A stretch of 64,000 nucleotides of DNA from an uncultured delta proteobacterium (GTDB lineage: Bacteria > Desulfobacterota > Binatia > Binatales > Binataceae): NCBI GenBank assembly GCA_963842085.1, contig CAWJET010000001.1, forward strand, positions 1,504,001 through 1,568,000, read 5' to 3'. This document shows positions 30,031 through 42,960 of the stretch, one piece after another (the first letter of the stretch is position 1; the number at the start of each line of letters is the position of its first letter). Made by a program: the position numbers and the translations under genes. The notes beneath the pieces are model-generated. The model saw only the letters and a list, made by a program, of their open reading frames with translations. It was not told the origin of the DNA and made no database searches.

Positions 30031-30065
30031 CGCGGATTCACTAAAAAGAGAGAGGAGCAATCCAG

Positions 30066-31151
30066 ATGAAAGCTGCTGTCTTTCACGGCCCCGGTCAGCC
30101 ACTCACCATCGAGCAGGTCGATATCGACGAACCCAGGGAGCGCGAAGTCGTCGTGCGCACGGTCGCCAGCGGCGTATGCCACAGCGATCTTCATTTCGTC
30201 GACGGCCTCTACATGTGGCCGACCCCCGCGATCCTCGGCCACGAGGCCGCCGGCGTCGTCGAGAAAGTCGGCTCGCAGGTCTCCTACCTCGAGCCCGGCA
30301 ATCACGTTATCGCGTGCCTCTCGGTCTTTTGCGGCTACTGCGAGGAGTGCATGTCCGGCCATCCCAACCTCTGCTCGAACAAGGCCGCCACGCAGCGCGG
30401 CGCCGGCGACAAGCCGCGCCTGTCGCAGAAGGGCAAGATGGTCAATCAGTTCGCCGACTTGTCGGGCTACGCCGAAAAAATGCTGCTGCATGAAAATGCG
30501 CTGGTGAAAATTTCCAACGACGTGCCGCTCGATCGCGCCGCGCTCATCGGATGCGGCGTCATGACCGGCGTCGGCGCCGCGCTTAACACCGCGAAGGTTG
30601 CGCCCGGCTCGACCGTCGCCGTGTTCGGCGCCGGCGGCGTCGGCCTCGCGATAATCCAGGGCGCGCGAATCGCGGGCGCGCGCATGATCGTCGCGGTCGA
30701 CAAGTTTCCATCCAAGCTCGAGCTCGCCAAAAAACTCGGCGCCACTCACGCCGTCGACGCGTCCAAGGGCGACGCGGTCGATCAGATTCGCTCCCTCACC
30801 GGCGGCGGCGTTGATTACTCGTTCGAAGCCATCGGGCTCAAGGTCGCAGCCGAGCAGGCTTACGAGTCAATCGTCGCCGGCGGCGTCGCCACGATCGTCG
30901 GGATGGTTCCGCTCGGGCAAAAGGTCGAAGTGGACGGCTTCTCGCTCCTGTTCGAGAAGCGCATCCAGGGATGCTTCATGGGCTCGAACCGCTTCCGCAT
31001 CGACATGCCGCGCATCATCGAGCTCTATCAGCAGGGACGGCTCGACCTTGACGACATGATCACGCGCCGCGGCAAACTCGAGGACGTCAACGAGGCCTTC
31101 CGCGCGATGAAGGCCGGCGAAGTCGCGCGCACAGTCCTGATGTTCGACTAG
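30066..31151 (+). CDS. Zn-dependent alcohol dehydrogenase, copy 2 (tandem paralog)
   Basis: Same motifs and the same 361-aa length as copy 1. Confidence 0.95.
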   Translation: MKAAVFHGPGQPLTIEQVDIDEPREREVVVRTVASGVCHSDLHFVDGLYMWPTPAILGHEAAGVVEKVGSQVSYLEPGNHVIACLSVFCGYCEECMSGHPNLCSNKAATQRGAGDKPRLSQKGKMVNQFADLSGYAEKMLLHENALVKISNDVPLDRAALIGCGVMTGVGAALNTAKVAPGSTVAVFGAGGVGLAIIQGARIAGARMIVAVDKFPSKLELAKKLGATHAVDASKGDAVDQIRSLTGGGVDYSFEAIGLKVAAEQAYESIVAGGVATIVGMVPLGQKVEVDGFSLLFEKRIQGCFMGSNRFRIDMPRIIELYQQGRLDLDDMITRRGKLEDVNEAFRAMKAGEVARTVLMFD

Positions 31152-31210
31152 AACACGTCCGGGTCACGCACAGAGGGCCGGTCGGATTTTCCCGATCGGC
31201 CCACTTAAAT

Positions 31211-31445
31211 CCGGTGCCCCCTTCGACCGGGAGAAGGCGGGTTGGGGCTTAGGTCGTCGCTCGCATCATCCGCGATGCCCGCGCCGTCACTTCTTGTCAT
31301 CCTGACAAAGTAAGCAACCGGTGGCCGCTTCGACCAGGAGAAGGCGGGTTGGGGTTAGGTCGTCGCTCGCATCATCCGCGACGCCCGCGCTGTCATTTCT
31401 TGTCATCCTGACAAAGCGAGCAACGCGAGCGGCAGGAAGGATCTC
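31211..31445. repeat. Tandem 107-bp imperfect direct repeat ending in a REP-like TGTCATCCTGA...GAAGGATCTC element
   Basis: 31211-31317 and 31318-31424 align throughout (GAGAAGGCGGGTTGGGG-TTAGGTCGTCGCTCGCATCATCCGCGA...TTCTTGTCATCCTGACAAAG). Confidence 0.9.
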
Positions 31446-31712
31446 GGACAGCTTCGCGAAGCGAAGCCGGTTCCGGTCTCTGAAATCGCGCAGCGCTCCT
31501 CGATTCAGGGGGATGAACTTTTCAGCCTGACCGCCCCACACCCGACATGCTATTCGAGTATGGAGAACAACTCATCGAGCGCATCGAAAGCCTTCCGAAA
31601 AAACCAAAATTTGACGGAACGAACCCACCGATGGTAGTACGCCGACCAGGAAACCACAACTAATGGTAGAATTCCCGCTTACGAGCCGCATCGCCCAGTC
31701 CAAAAGCGGACG

Positions 31713-32627
31713 CTACTCCTTCAGCAAATCCGCGATCCCTTCCTCGATCGACACGCGCGGACGCCATCCGAGCACCCGCTCCGCCTGCGTGCGATCCGCC
31801 AGCGTATCGCGCATGTCGCCGACGCGCGCCGGCTTTCTGATCGTCGAGCCACCGATCATCGCGGCGACCCGATTTACGCTGACGTTCTCGCCGCGCCCGA
31901 TGTTGAGCGCACGCCCGTCGGCAATCTCGCAATCCATCGCGAGCATATTCGCCGCCACCACGTCGCTGACGTGCGTGAAGTCCCGCGTCTGCTCGCCATC
32001 GCCGTGAATCTCGAGCGGACGCCCCTCGCGCCGCGCACGCAGGAACGCCGCGATTGCGAGCACGTACGATCCTTCCTGCGGCATCCGAGGACCGTACACG
32101 CCGAAGTAGCGCAGCGTGATCGTCTGCATCGCGAACAGCCGATGGAACATCCGCGCGTACTGCTCGCCGACATACTTCTGCAGCGCATACGGGTTGAGCG
32201 GATTCGGCGTCATCGTCTCGACCAGCGGCAGCCTCGCCTGCTCGCCGTACACCGACGACGATCCCGAATAGACAACGCGCCTGACTTTCCGATCGCGCGC
32301 CGCGATCAACACGTTCAGCGTCCCGACCACGTTGGTCATGTGCGTTTCGACCGGCTTCGCAATCGAAAGCGGAATTCGCGGCAGCGCCGCCACATGGAAC
32401 ACCGTATCCACCCCGTCGAATGCGTCAGCGATCGAGGACTCGCGGATATCCGCTTCGACCAGCTCGGCCGCTCGGTTCACATACTCGCGCCGGCCGGTGG
32501 CGAAGTTGTCGATCACCCGCACGCGCAAGCCCGCGGCGACGAGCGCATCCACCAGATGCGACCCGATAAAACCCGCGCCGCCCGTCACCAGCACGAGTCG
32601 TCCCGGAGTTTGCGAATCAGTGCTCAT
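31713..32627 (-). CDS. NAD-dependent epimerase/dehydratase (extended SDR)
   Basis: TGGAGFIG, SSSVYG, YALQK (YxxxK), GDGEQTRDFTHVSD. Confidence 0.93.
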   Translation of the reverse strand: MSTDSQTPGRLVLVTGGAGFIGSHLVDALVAAGLRVRVIDNFATGRREYVNRAAELVEADIRESSIADAFDGVDTVFHVAALPRIPLSIAKPVETHMTNVVGTLNVLIAARDRKVRRVVYSGSSSVYGEQARLPLVETMTPNPLNPYALQKYVGEQYARMFHRLFAMQTITLRYFGVYGPRMPQEGSYVLAIAAFLRARREGRPLEIHGDGEQTRDFTHVSDVVAANMLAMDCEIADGRALNIGRGENVSVNRVAAMIGGSTIRKPARVGDMRDTLADRTQAERVLGWRPRVSIEEGIADLLKE

Positions 32628-32722
32628 CGAGAGAACCGCACGCGAATCGATCAAAATTGCGCGGTTTGCATCGCTAGGATAACTTAGTTCGTTACCGCCC
32701 GCACCAGAACGGGCACCAAACA

Positions 32723-36250
<3,528 letters not shown>

Positions 36251-36273
36251 CCGCTGTTTGACTGCGCCCGGAA

Positions 36274-36876
36274 TTACTTGAGCTGAACGCGAGGATGCGC
36301 GACGCCGTTGCGCCCGTTGCCGCCGTCGACCGCACGCAGCTCCACTGCCGCGGCCTCTTCGTGCGGGTGATACGCCTCGCATCGGATCATCACCTGGCGT
36401 TCGCGCGGCCCGTCCAGCTCAACCAGGAAGACGCGCTGCCACCTGCCCAGCGCGAGCCGGCCATCGATCACAGGAATCGTCTCGCTGGTCGCAAGCAGCA
36501 GATGCATCAAGTGCGAATGCGCGTTGGGCCGCTCGTCAGGCGCGATCGGCGGTTTGCGGCGGTTCATGTCGTTATGATGGTAGCCGCGGTCCGACGGGCA
36601 CAGCTCGCGCAGCATCTCCTTGAAGTCCTCGAGCAGTAGCTGTTCCGCTTCGTTGATCTTGATCGCCGCCGTCGTGTGGCGAGAGAACACCCTCACCGCG
36701 CCGCTCTCGACGGCGTTCGCCGCCAGATGCTCGTTGATGTGATCCGTGAGGTCGATGAATTGGATCGGCTCGACTGTGGCGATATCCAAAATCGAATCCG
36801 AGAGCACGATCGAATGCCGCGAGCGCGGTAGTCTCGGACGAAATGTCGTCCGCACGGGATAGGCGTTTTCTGGCAT
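36274..36876 (-). CDS. YjbQ / secondary thiamine-phosphate synthase family (UPF0047)
   Basis: HTTAAIKINE, NAHSHL, LGRWQRVFLVELDGPRER. Confidence 0.92.
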   Translation of the reverse strand: MPENAYPVRTTFRPRLPRSRHSIVLSDSILDIATVEPIQFIDLTDHINEHLAANAVESGAVRVFSRHTTAAIKINEAEQLLLEDFKEMLRELCPSDRGYHHNDMNRRKPPIAPDERPNAHSHLMHLLLATSETIPVIDGRLALGRWQRVFLVELDGPRERQVMIRCEAYHPHEEAAAVELRAVDGGNGRNGVAHPRVQLK

Positions 36877-36973
36877 TTGGGTTTCCTTGGATGAGATGCA
36901 ATCGATGAGCGTCGAATTATCGATCATCCAGCCTAGGCACCACCGGCGCGAGGAGCAATTCACATGATGCGAT

Positions 36974-37008
36974 TTGACCGACTGACCACAAGGCGGTTAG
37001 TCGGTCAA
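36974..37008. promoter_or_regulatory. 14-bp inverted repeat (operator or gmd terminator)
   Basis: TTGACCGACTGACC-acaaggc-GGTTAGTCGGTCAA, 1 mismatch, between the gmd stop and the yjbQ-like start. Confidence 0.55.
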
Positions 37009-37029
37009 GTTATCTGCGAGGAGAATTTG

Positions 37030-38046
37030 TTAGTTCGCCTTGCCGCGTAGTTCGCGCTCGGCAAGCTCAAGGTCCGCCTCGATCATCAATTCGGCAAGCT
37101 GCTCGAACTTCACCTTGGGCGTCCAGCCGAGTTGGCGCCTGGCCTTCGCCGCGTCACCGACCAGCACATCGACTTCCGCGGGACGGAAGAATCGCTGATC
37201 GATCTCGAGGTGATCCTGCCATCTCAGCTTCAGGCGATCGAACACGACCTCCAGAAACTCCTGCACCGAATGGCTCTCGCCGGTCGCGATTACGAAGTCG
37301 TCGGGCTGCTCCTGTTGCAGCATCAGCCACATCGCCTCGACGTAGTCGCCGGCAAATCCCCAGTCGCGGCGCGCGTCCAGGTTTCCCAGTGCGAGCTTCT
37401 CCTGCATGCCCAGTTTGATTCGCGTGGCGCTGCGCGTGATCTTACGCGTCACGAAATTTTCACCGCGCCTTGGCGACTCGTGGTTGAAGAGAATTCCGTT
37501 GCACGCGAACAGCCCGTAGGCCTCGCGATAGTTGACCGTCTGCCAGTGCGCATAAACCTTGGCGCACGCGTAAGGACTGCGCGGATGAAATGGCGTGGTC
37601 TCGCGCTGCGGACTTTCCACCACCTTGCCGAACATCTCCGACGAGCCCGCCTGGTACAGCCGCGCCGCCCGCCCGCGGCGCTTGTTGTGATCGCGCAGCG
37701 CCTCCAGCAATCTGAGCGCCCCCAGCCCAACCACGTCGGCGGTGTATTCCGGCTGATCGAATGAGATGCGCACGTGCGATTGCGCGGCGAGATTGTAGAC
37801 CTCGTCGGGACGCACCTGCTCGATGATTCGCCTGAGCCCGGTGCCGTCGCCGAGATCCCCGTAATGCAGTTGCAGACCTTCGGAAGCGGGTCCGTAGCCC
37901 TTGCGCAGATGATCGATCCGTCCCGTGGCGAAACTCGAAGTGCGCCGCACCATCCCATGCACTTCGTAGCCCTTGTTCAGCAAAAGCTCGGCCAGGTAGG
38001 AACCATCCTGTCCGGTCACGCCGGTGATCAATGCTACCTTTGCCAT
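37030..38046 (-). CDS. gmd: GDP-mannose 4,6-dehydratase
   Basis: [56 protein letters not shown]. Confidence 0.97.
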   Translation of the reverse strand: MAKVALITGVTGQDGSYLAELLLNKGYEVHGMVRRTSSFATGRIDHLRKGYGPASEGLQLHYGDLGDGTGLRRIIEQVRPDEVYNLAAQSHVRISFDQPEYTADVVGLGALRLLEALRDHNKRRGRAARLYQAGSSEMFGKVVESPQRETTPFHPRSPYACAKVYAHWQTVNYREAYGLFACNGILFNHESPRRGENFVTRKITRSATRIKLGMQEKLALGNLDARRDWGFAGDYVEAMWLMLQQEQPDDFVIATGESHSVQEFLEVVFDRLKLRWQDHLEIDQRFFRPAEVDVLVGDAAKARRQLGWTPKVKFEQLAELMIEADLELAERELRGKAN

Positions 38047-38122
38047 CTAGACTCCGCGCCGCGCAGTGCCGAAGAAATATACCATGTCCTCCACAGTGCA
38101 AAAACCGCGCATCGGCGCAAAC

Positions 38123-38152
38123 AAAAAAGGCGCGGCGTATTCCGCCGCGCCT
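38123..38152 (-). terminator. Intrinsic terminator after the cupin gene
   Basis: Stem AGGCGCGGCG/CGCCGCGCCT followed on the minus strand by a T-run. Confidence 0.75.
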
Positions 38153-38182
38153 CCGCAGACACATTGCAACCGGTCGCGGGAT

Positions 38183-38545
38183 TCAGTCGCCGGGTACTAG
38201 CCGATGCGAGTCGCTGTCAAAGTGCTGGGTGGAAAATTCAAACAACTCGGCGTCCTCGATCGCTTCCATCTGATGCACCAGCCCGATCGGGACGTCCATG
38301 CATTCGCCCGCCGCCAATTCGAATTCCTCGATCGTGGTGCTTTCCGGCGATTCCTTGATTCGCACGATCAGCCTGCCGCTGCGCAGGTAAAACGATTCGG
38401 TCTTGAGCTTGTGGTAATGTAGCGAGCACTTCTTGCCCTTGCGAATTTCCAGAATTTTCCCGCAGTAGAGATCGCCGTTTGCGATCCAGACCTCGCGGCC
38501 CCATCCCTTGGGCACAACCCGGATCGGCTTTCGTGCTCGATTCAT
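38183..38545 (-). CDS. Cupin protein (mannose-6-phosphate isomerase-like)
   Basis: VPKGWGREVW, SLHYHKLKTESFY, LVHQM, EFSTQH. Confidence 0.85.
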   Translation of the reverse strand: MNRARKPIRVVPKGWGREVWIANGDLYCGKILEIRKGKKCSLHYHKLKTESFYLRSGRLIVRIKESPESTTIEEFELAAGECMDVPIGLVHQMEAIEDAELFEFSTQHFDSDSHRLVPGD

Positions 38546-38680
38546 TCTCTTGCCTGGCGCGACGCTGATCGAACCATAAACCCACTGCATGTATGGTAGT
38601 TGGGATCACCGCTGTAGAAAAGTATCCCGTAGCAAATTGTTGAGTGCAACGAGGAGATGAGAGACCTTTTAGACGTAGAG

Positions 38681-39766
38681 TGGAGTGAACCCCTAAAACT
38701 GGACAGCCGAGGAGCGTCGGATTGGACCGGGCGGTGGGCTTATCGGAGGATAGGCCATGGCACAGCATCGGAGTTTCAGCACGGAGTTCAAAGCTCGCGA
38801 AGGAGTTTCTCAACGGCCGCGCCGGCCTGCATGAGCTTGCGCGGCGCTACAGTCTGTCGTGCAATCTGATTCGGCTCTGGGTCCGCAAGTACGAGGCGGG
38901 CGAGTTCACCGACGAGATGGCCGAGAAAGTGCAGGTCGCCGAGTACGGGCGCGAGATCGCGGAGCTGGAACGCAAGGTCGGCCAGCTGACGATGGAGGTT
39001 GACCTCCTGAAAAAGGGGGGCGCAGTTGGGACCCCGGACCAGCGCCGGGAGCTACCTCCATCGTGAGCGGTCCAAAGCCGTCTCCGTTGCGCGGGGATGC
39101 CGAATCATGAAGCTGGCGCGCTCGACGTATTATTGCCGCGGCCGCCCGTCCAGTGCGCAAGTTCGTACGCACGACTGATAGTGATCACGACGGTCCGATC
39201 TTCCCCAATCTCGCCCGCGACCTGGTCCTGACCGGCCCCCATCAGTTGTGGGTCGGCGATATCCTATATCCGGATCGCCGCCGGCTTCGTCTATCTGGCC
39301 GTGATCCTCGACGCCTGGTCGCGTCGAGTGATCGGCTCGGACTCGGTCGGCAGATTGATACTCGGCTGACACTCGCTGCACTGCGGGCCGCGAGCGAGTC
39401 GCGCCGCCCGCCGCGGGGTTGCGTCCATCATTCCGACCGCGGTGCGCAGTACGTGAACCTTATCGCCGAAAACTTGTCGAGAACGGCCTGAGTTGGTTCG
39501 ATGAGTCGGCGCGGCAATCCTTACGACAACGGCAAGGCCGAGAGCTTCATGAAGACCCTCAAGTGCGAAGAGGTATATTTCAGCGACTACCGGACTTACG
39601 CCGACGTGATCGCGAGGCTTCCACACTTCATCGACGAGGTATACAACACCCGCAGACTGCACTCGGCTCTCGGCTGTCTCGCACCTATGCAGTTCGAGGA
39701 GCAACACGCCCGCGCCCTGGTCCAATCACCCACTTAACCACTGTCCAACCCGAGGGGTTCACTCCA
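38681..39766 (+). mobile_element. Degenerate IS3-family element
   Basis: TIRs TGGAGTGAACCCCT...TGGACAG and CTGTCCA...AGGGGTTCACTCCA; 3-bp TSD GAG; fragments of orfA (LERKVGQLTMEVDLLKKG) and orfB ([33 protein letters not shown]) broken by frameshifts and deletion. Confidence 0.92.
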
Positions 39767-40256
39767 GAGCCGGGCCGGATTTTTGCTCGAATTGCCCGCT
39801 GAAGAAACTCGAATTCACTTAGAAACTGAAATGGGTTCGTTTGGCAAAAGACGCAAAAACCATTCCTGGGCCGCCCTCATTGCGAGGCAAACAATGTTCT
39901 GTTCTTTACACCCACAAGCGGAACGTTCTTCAGCACGCTCATCCGTTTTGCAAGAAGACGAGCGCTTCGACTGCGCGAAATGAATCCGGTAAGTCGCGGG
40001 CCACCAAGGGACGGTTGCGCGCCACCAACAGCACCCAGCGGCGCCACGAGATCGCCAGCATCGGCAATGCCATTGCGACATAGCAGCTCGCCCAGCGGCA
40101 GCTACTACGAGCTCGTGTGGAACAATGTTGCTTACGCGCATGGTTTCGTCTCTGGAAGGGCACTGCAACCGGCTACTGCTGCGATAGCCCTCGGGGGCGG
40201 CACTGCAAAGAAGTTATCGCTACTCTGGGCACTTCGAACAATATCGTCGAAACCTA

Positions 40257-40561
40257 TGATTTCAATCATTCCGGAACTTGCGCATGAAGACCTGGCAGAA
40301 ATGACCGGCTGTTCGAGGACGATGGTCAGCCGCCTTCTCGCGGAAATGGCCGAAAATGAGCTTCTGATTCGCCGAGGAAAGCAGTACCTTTTGCTGAACA
40401 AATGGCAGTCCAGGGCAAGACAGGCTCTGCCGCAAGTTAAAACCGACATCAACGGCGATAATTCGAAAACGACGCGTTTGCCGCCAGTTTCACGGCTTGA
40501 GGCGCCGCGAACCGCTTACAACGGGCGTCTTCGGAGCGTACGCGGCGCGCTGCTCCAGTGA
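40257..40561 (+). pseudogene. C-terminal Crp/Fnr-type HTH fragment
   Basis: PELAHEDLAEMTGCSRTMVSRLLAEM...RRGKQYLL; no recognisable intact cNMP-binding domain upstream. Confidence 0.6.
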
Positions 40562-40995
40562 GGTCGCCGGGCTCTGACAAGTCAGGACGCGAATCGCGCC
40601 GCCGCCGCTTTCGGATACGCTGATCGCCGTGCTCGACACAATTGGAGACCGGTTCGCGCGCTTGCATTATTCGGCCAGATTTCGCAAAGCCTGGCCGGAC
40701 CCGTGGATCGCGCCTGCTGTGGAACCCAAGTCGAGCGGGAAGTCGGCTTTGCCGGGGCAAGACGCAGGTGCCGGACTGACGATTGCTCCCTCCGGCGGAC
40801 ATCGCGCCGAGCTGACTTGCGATCGCGCGGAAGGGCTCTGGGAGCGTAAAGTGTCTGCGGCCGTAAGATGCCACCCTCTGCCCATCTGCAACGCAACCGA
40901 CTTTCCGGCCCGGGTCCGGTTCGCGCGATTACGGGCGGAAGGAGCGGAAAGGGGCACGCCGCGATGGAAGATCAGCGGGCGGTTCCGTCGTAAGT

Positions 40996-42183
40996 CTAAC
41001 CTCTTAACCAATTCGGAACCTCGATCAGGGATGATGCAGAGGTGGCGCTGGCGAATATTCGATCGTTGTTGATCATTATGGAAGACGACAAGACATCGCG
41101 AACATGACGCGAGACGCTGAACTCGCCTTCGTTGCGATAACCCGCCAGCCCACAAGCTAGCAGCGCGCTCATAACAGTCGCGGTGGCCAATTCCGAAGCG
41201 CTCACCTTGAGCAAATTCATCGCGTTTTGAAAATCAAGCGATTCAAGGTCGTCGGCCTGGTCTGCCGCAGCTTCGAATCTCTGCAGCGCCGACGCTACCA
41301 GCGCTCTCAATGAACGCGGCGACATACCGGCGCGGGTGAGATGAGCCGCGCCGAGCGGCAGCTGACCGCTCGTGCAGCGAGCAGAGGTGCGGACAAACGA
41401 TCGCGCGCGCTCCGTAGCACCGGCGGCAAGTCCTGCCCACACCGCGCTCCAAGTCAGATGCGCAACCGGCATCATCGTATGCGCTTGAATTTTCTGGTAG
41501 GACTCCGGCAGCACATGCTCGACCTCCCCGTTGCCCTTGAGCATGAAGCCGGCGCTGCAGGTGCCGCGCATGCCCAGCACGTCCCAGTCTACGATCGGAT
41601 CGAGTTGACATTGGTCCTTAAGGAACACCACCAAGATTTGGTCGGAAGGTAGCGCGTCGGCAGAGCGCCGTGCAGTGGTTAGGATCGCGTCGGCCTGGGC
41701 GCCGTACGACACGACGGTTGCGCTTTTCGTGAGTGCTATGCGCGAACCGGTTTGCTCCAAGGCGCAGGCGCTCGTGCGCAGATCACCACCACCCTGGCCT
41801 TCGGTCGTGGACGACGCAAGCAGCAACTGCTCCGTGCAAAGCCGCCGGAGAAAGCGCCTGTGCCACGCACTGCTTCGAGCGTGGCGGACGAGGATCGCGG
41901 CCATAATTTGGTGCATAGCGAAAATCAAGCCGCTTGACGCGCAGGCCCGCCCGAGCAGATAGCAAACATCCGCCGCGTCCGAGACGCTTGCTCCTTCTCC
42001 GCCGAGCTCAGTCGGAACCAGGATGCCGAGCAGCCGCTGGGCCCGGGCCGCGGAGAAGGCCTCTTGCGGAAAACGCGCTTCGCGATCGACGCGGTCAGCA
42101 TTCTGGGCGGCGACTGCAGCTGTGGCTTCAGCCCTCACCTTCAGATCGCCGTCGATAACGCAATTCTGTAGCATCTTAGCCAT
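40996..42183 (-). CDS. Acyl-CoA/acyl-ACP dehydrogenase family protein
   Basis: VDREARFP, CASSGLIFAMHQ, ASSTTE, WDVLGMRGTCS, MNLLKVSASE, GLAGYRN, MINNDRI. Confidence 0.92.
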   Translation of the reverse strand: MAKMLQNCVIDGDLKVRAEATAAVAAQNADRVDREARFPQEAFSAARAQRLLGILVPTELGGEGASVSDAADVCYLLGRACASSGLIFAMHQIMAAILVRHARSSAWHRRFLRRLCTEQLLLASSTTEGQGGGDLRTSACALEQTGSRIALTKSATVVSYGAQADAILTTARRSADALPSDQILVVFLKDQCQLDPIVDWDVLGMRGTCSAGFMLKGNGEVEHVLPESYQKIQAHTMMPVAHLTWSAVWAGLAAGATERARSFVRTSARCTSGQLPLGAAHLTRAGMSPRSLRALVASALQRFEAAADQADDLESLDFQNAMNLLKVSASELATATVMSALLACGLAGYRNEGEFSVSRHVRDVLSSSIMINNDRIFASATSASSLIEVPNWLRG

Positions 42184-42533
42184 ATACGCTTTCAGTACTT
42201 GATAGAGAGATAAAGGCAGATGTCGTGCGCGGCCTCAGTAAGCAGCGCAAGGCTGAGCCCAGCGGCCCGGAAGGAGTGGGGCCAATCCCCTTTTGGGCCG
42301 ACGTGGTGATGTTTATCCGGAGGGGCTGAAAACATCATGAACCCTCAACTTCTATCGTGGGCCCTAGAACAATTCGGCAACAGTCCGGCGGCTGGCACGC
42401 TGCATGAGCTGGCATTCCACGCACTTTCGTGTCCTGGTTCCGAAAGTAGGTGGAACTGATCATATGGACGCGATAAATCAATAATCTGCTGGCTACTATG
42501 GCACAAATACGCTATGATTAGTATTGTTAGTTC

Positions 42534-42797
42534 ATGGATAATTTCGACGGCTCGCCGGAACAGAGGATTACCAGAGTAGCGCAGCGACTGTTCCAGGAGC
42601 GCTCCATCACGCAATCGCTGCGCTCCGACGACAACTTCGTTGACGTTGGATTGACCTCGCTGGATTTGGTCAAACTTGTCCTTCGCGTCGAAGAAGAGTT
42701 TGGCCTCGAGCTACCCACAAGCGACATCACCCCCGCGCACTTTCGTTCGATCGCCACCATAAGCCGATTGGTTACCAAATTGCTCAACAAGGCCTAG
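42534..42797 (+). CDS. Stand-alone carrier protein (aminoacyl carrier protein type)
   Basis: FVDVGLTSLDLVKLVLRVEEEFG with phosphopantetheine Ser in GLTS; ITPAHFRSI. Confidence 0.9.
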   Translation: MDNFDGSPEQRITRVAQRLFQERSITQSLRSDDNFVDVGLTSLDLVKLVLRVEEEFGLELPTSDITPAHFRSIATISRLVTKLLNKA

Positions 42798-42960
42798 AGG
42801 GTTGCTGGAGACGCAGGCGAACGACCTCGGCCAAGAGCATACAAAATATTTTCACCCTCGACGGCCGTGTGTTCGCACCAGCCACGCGCCCTGGCCAAGG
42901 GATCGGCCGGTTGTCGAATGTCGGCTGCCGGGACTTCACGCCGCTTGGCAAGTGTGGCCC

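Noticed and set aside
31161-31202. GGTCACGCACAG resembles the start of a c-di-GMP-I riboswitch
   Set aside because: The GCAAACC, GAAA-loop and GCAAAG core is absent and it lies at a gene 3' end; the following stem is more likely a terminator
31211-31424. Possible CRISPR array
   Set aside because: Only two contiguous 107-bp units, no unique spacers and no cas genes
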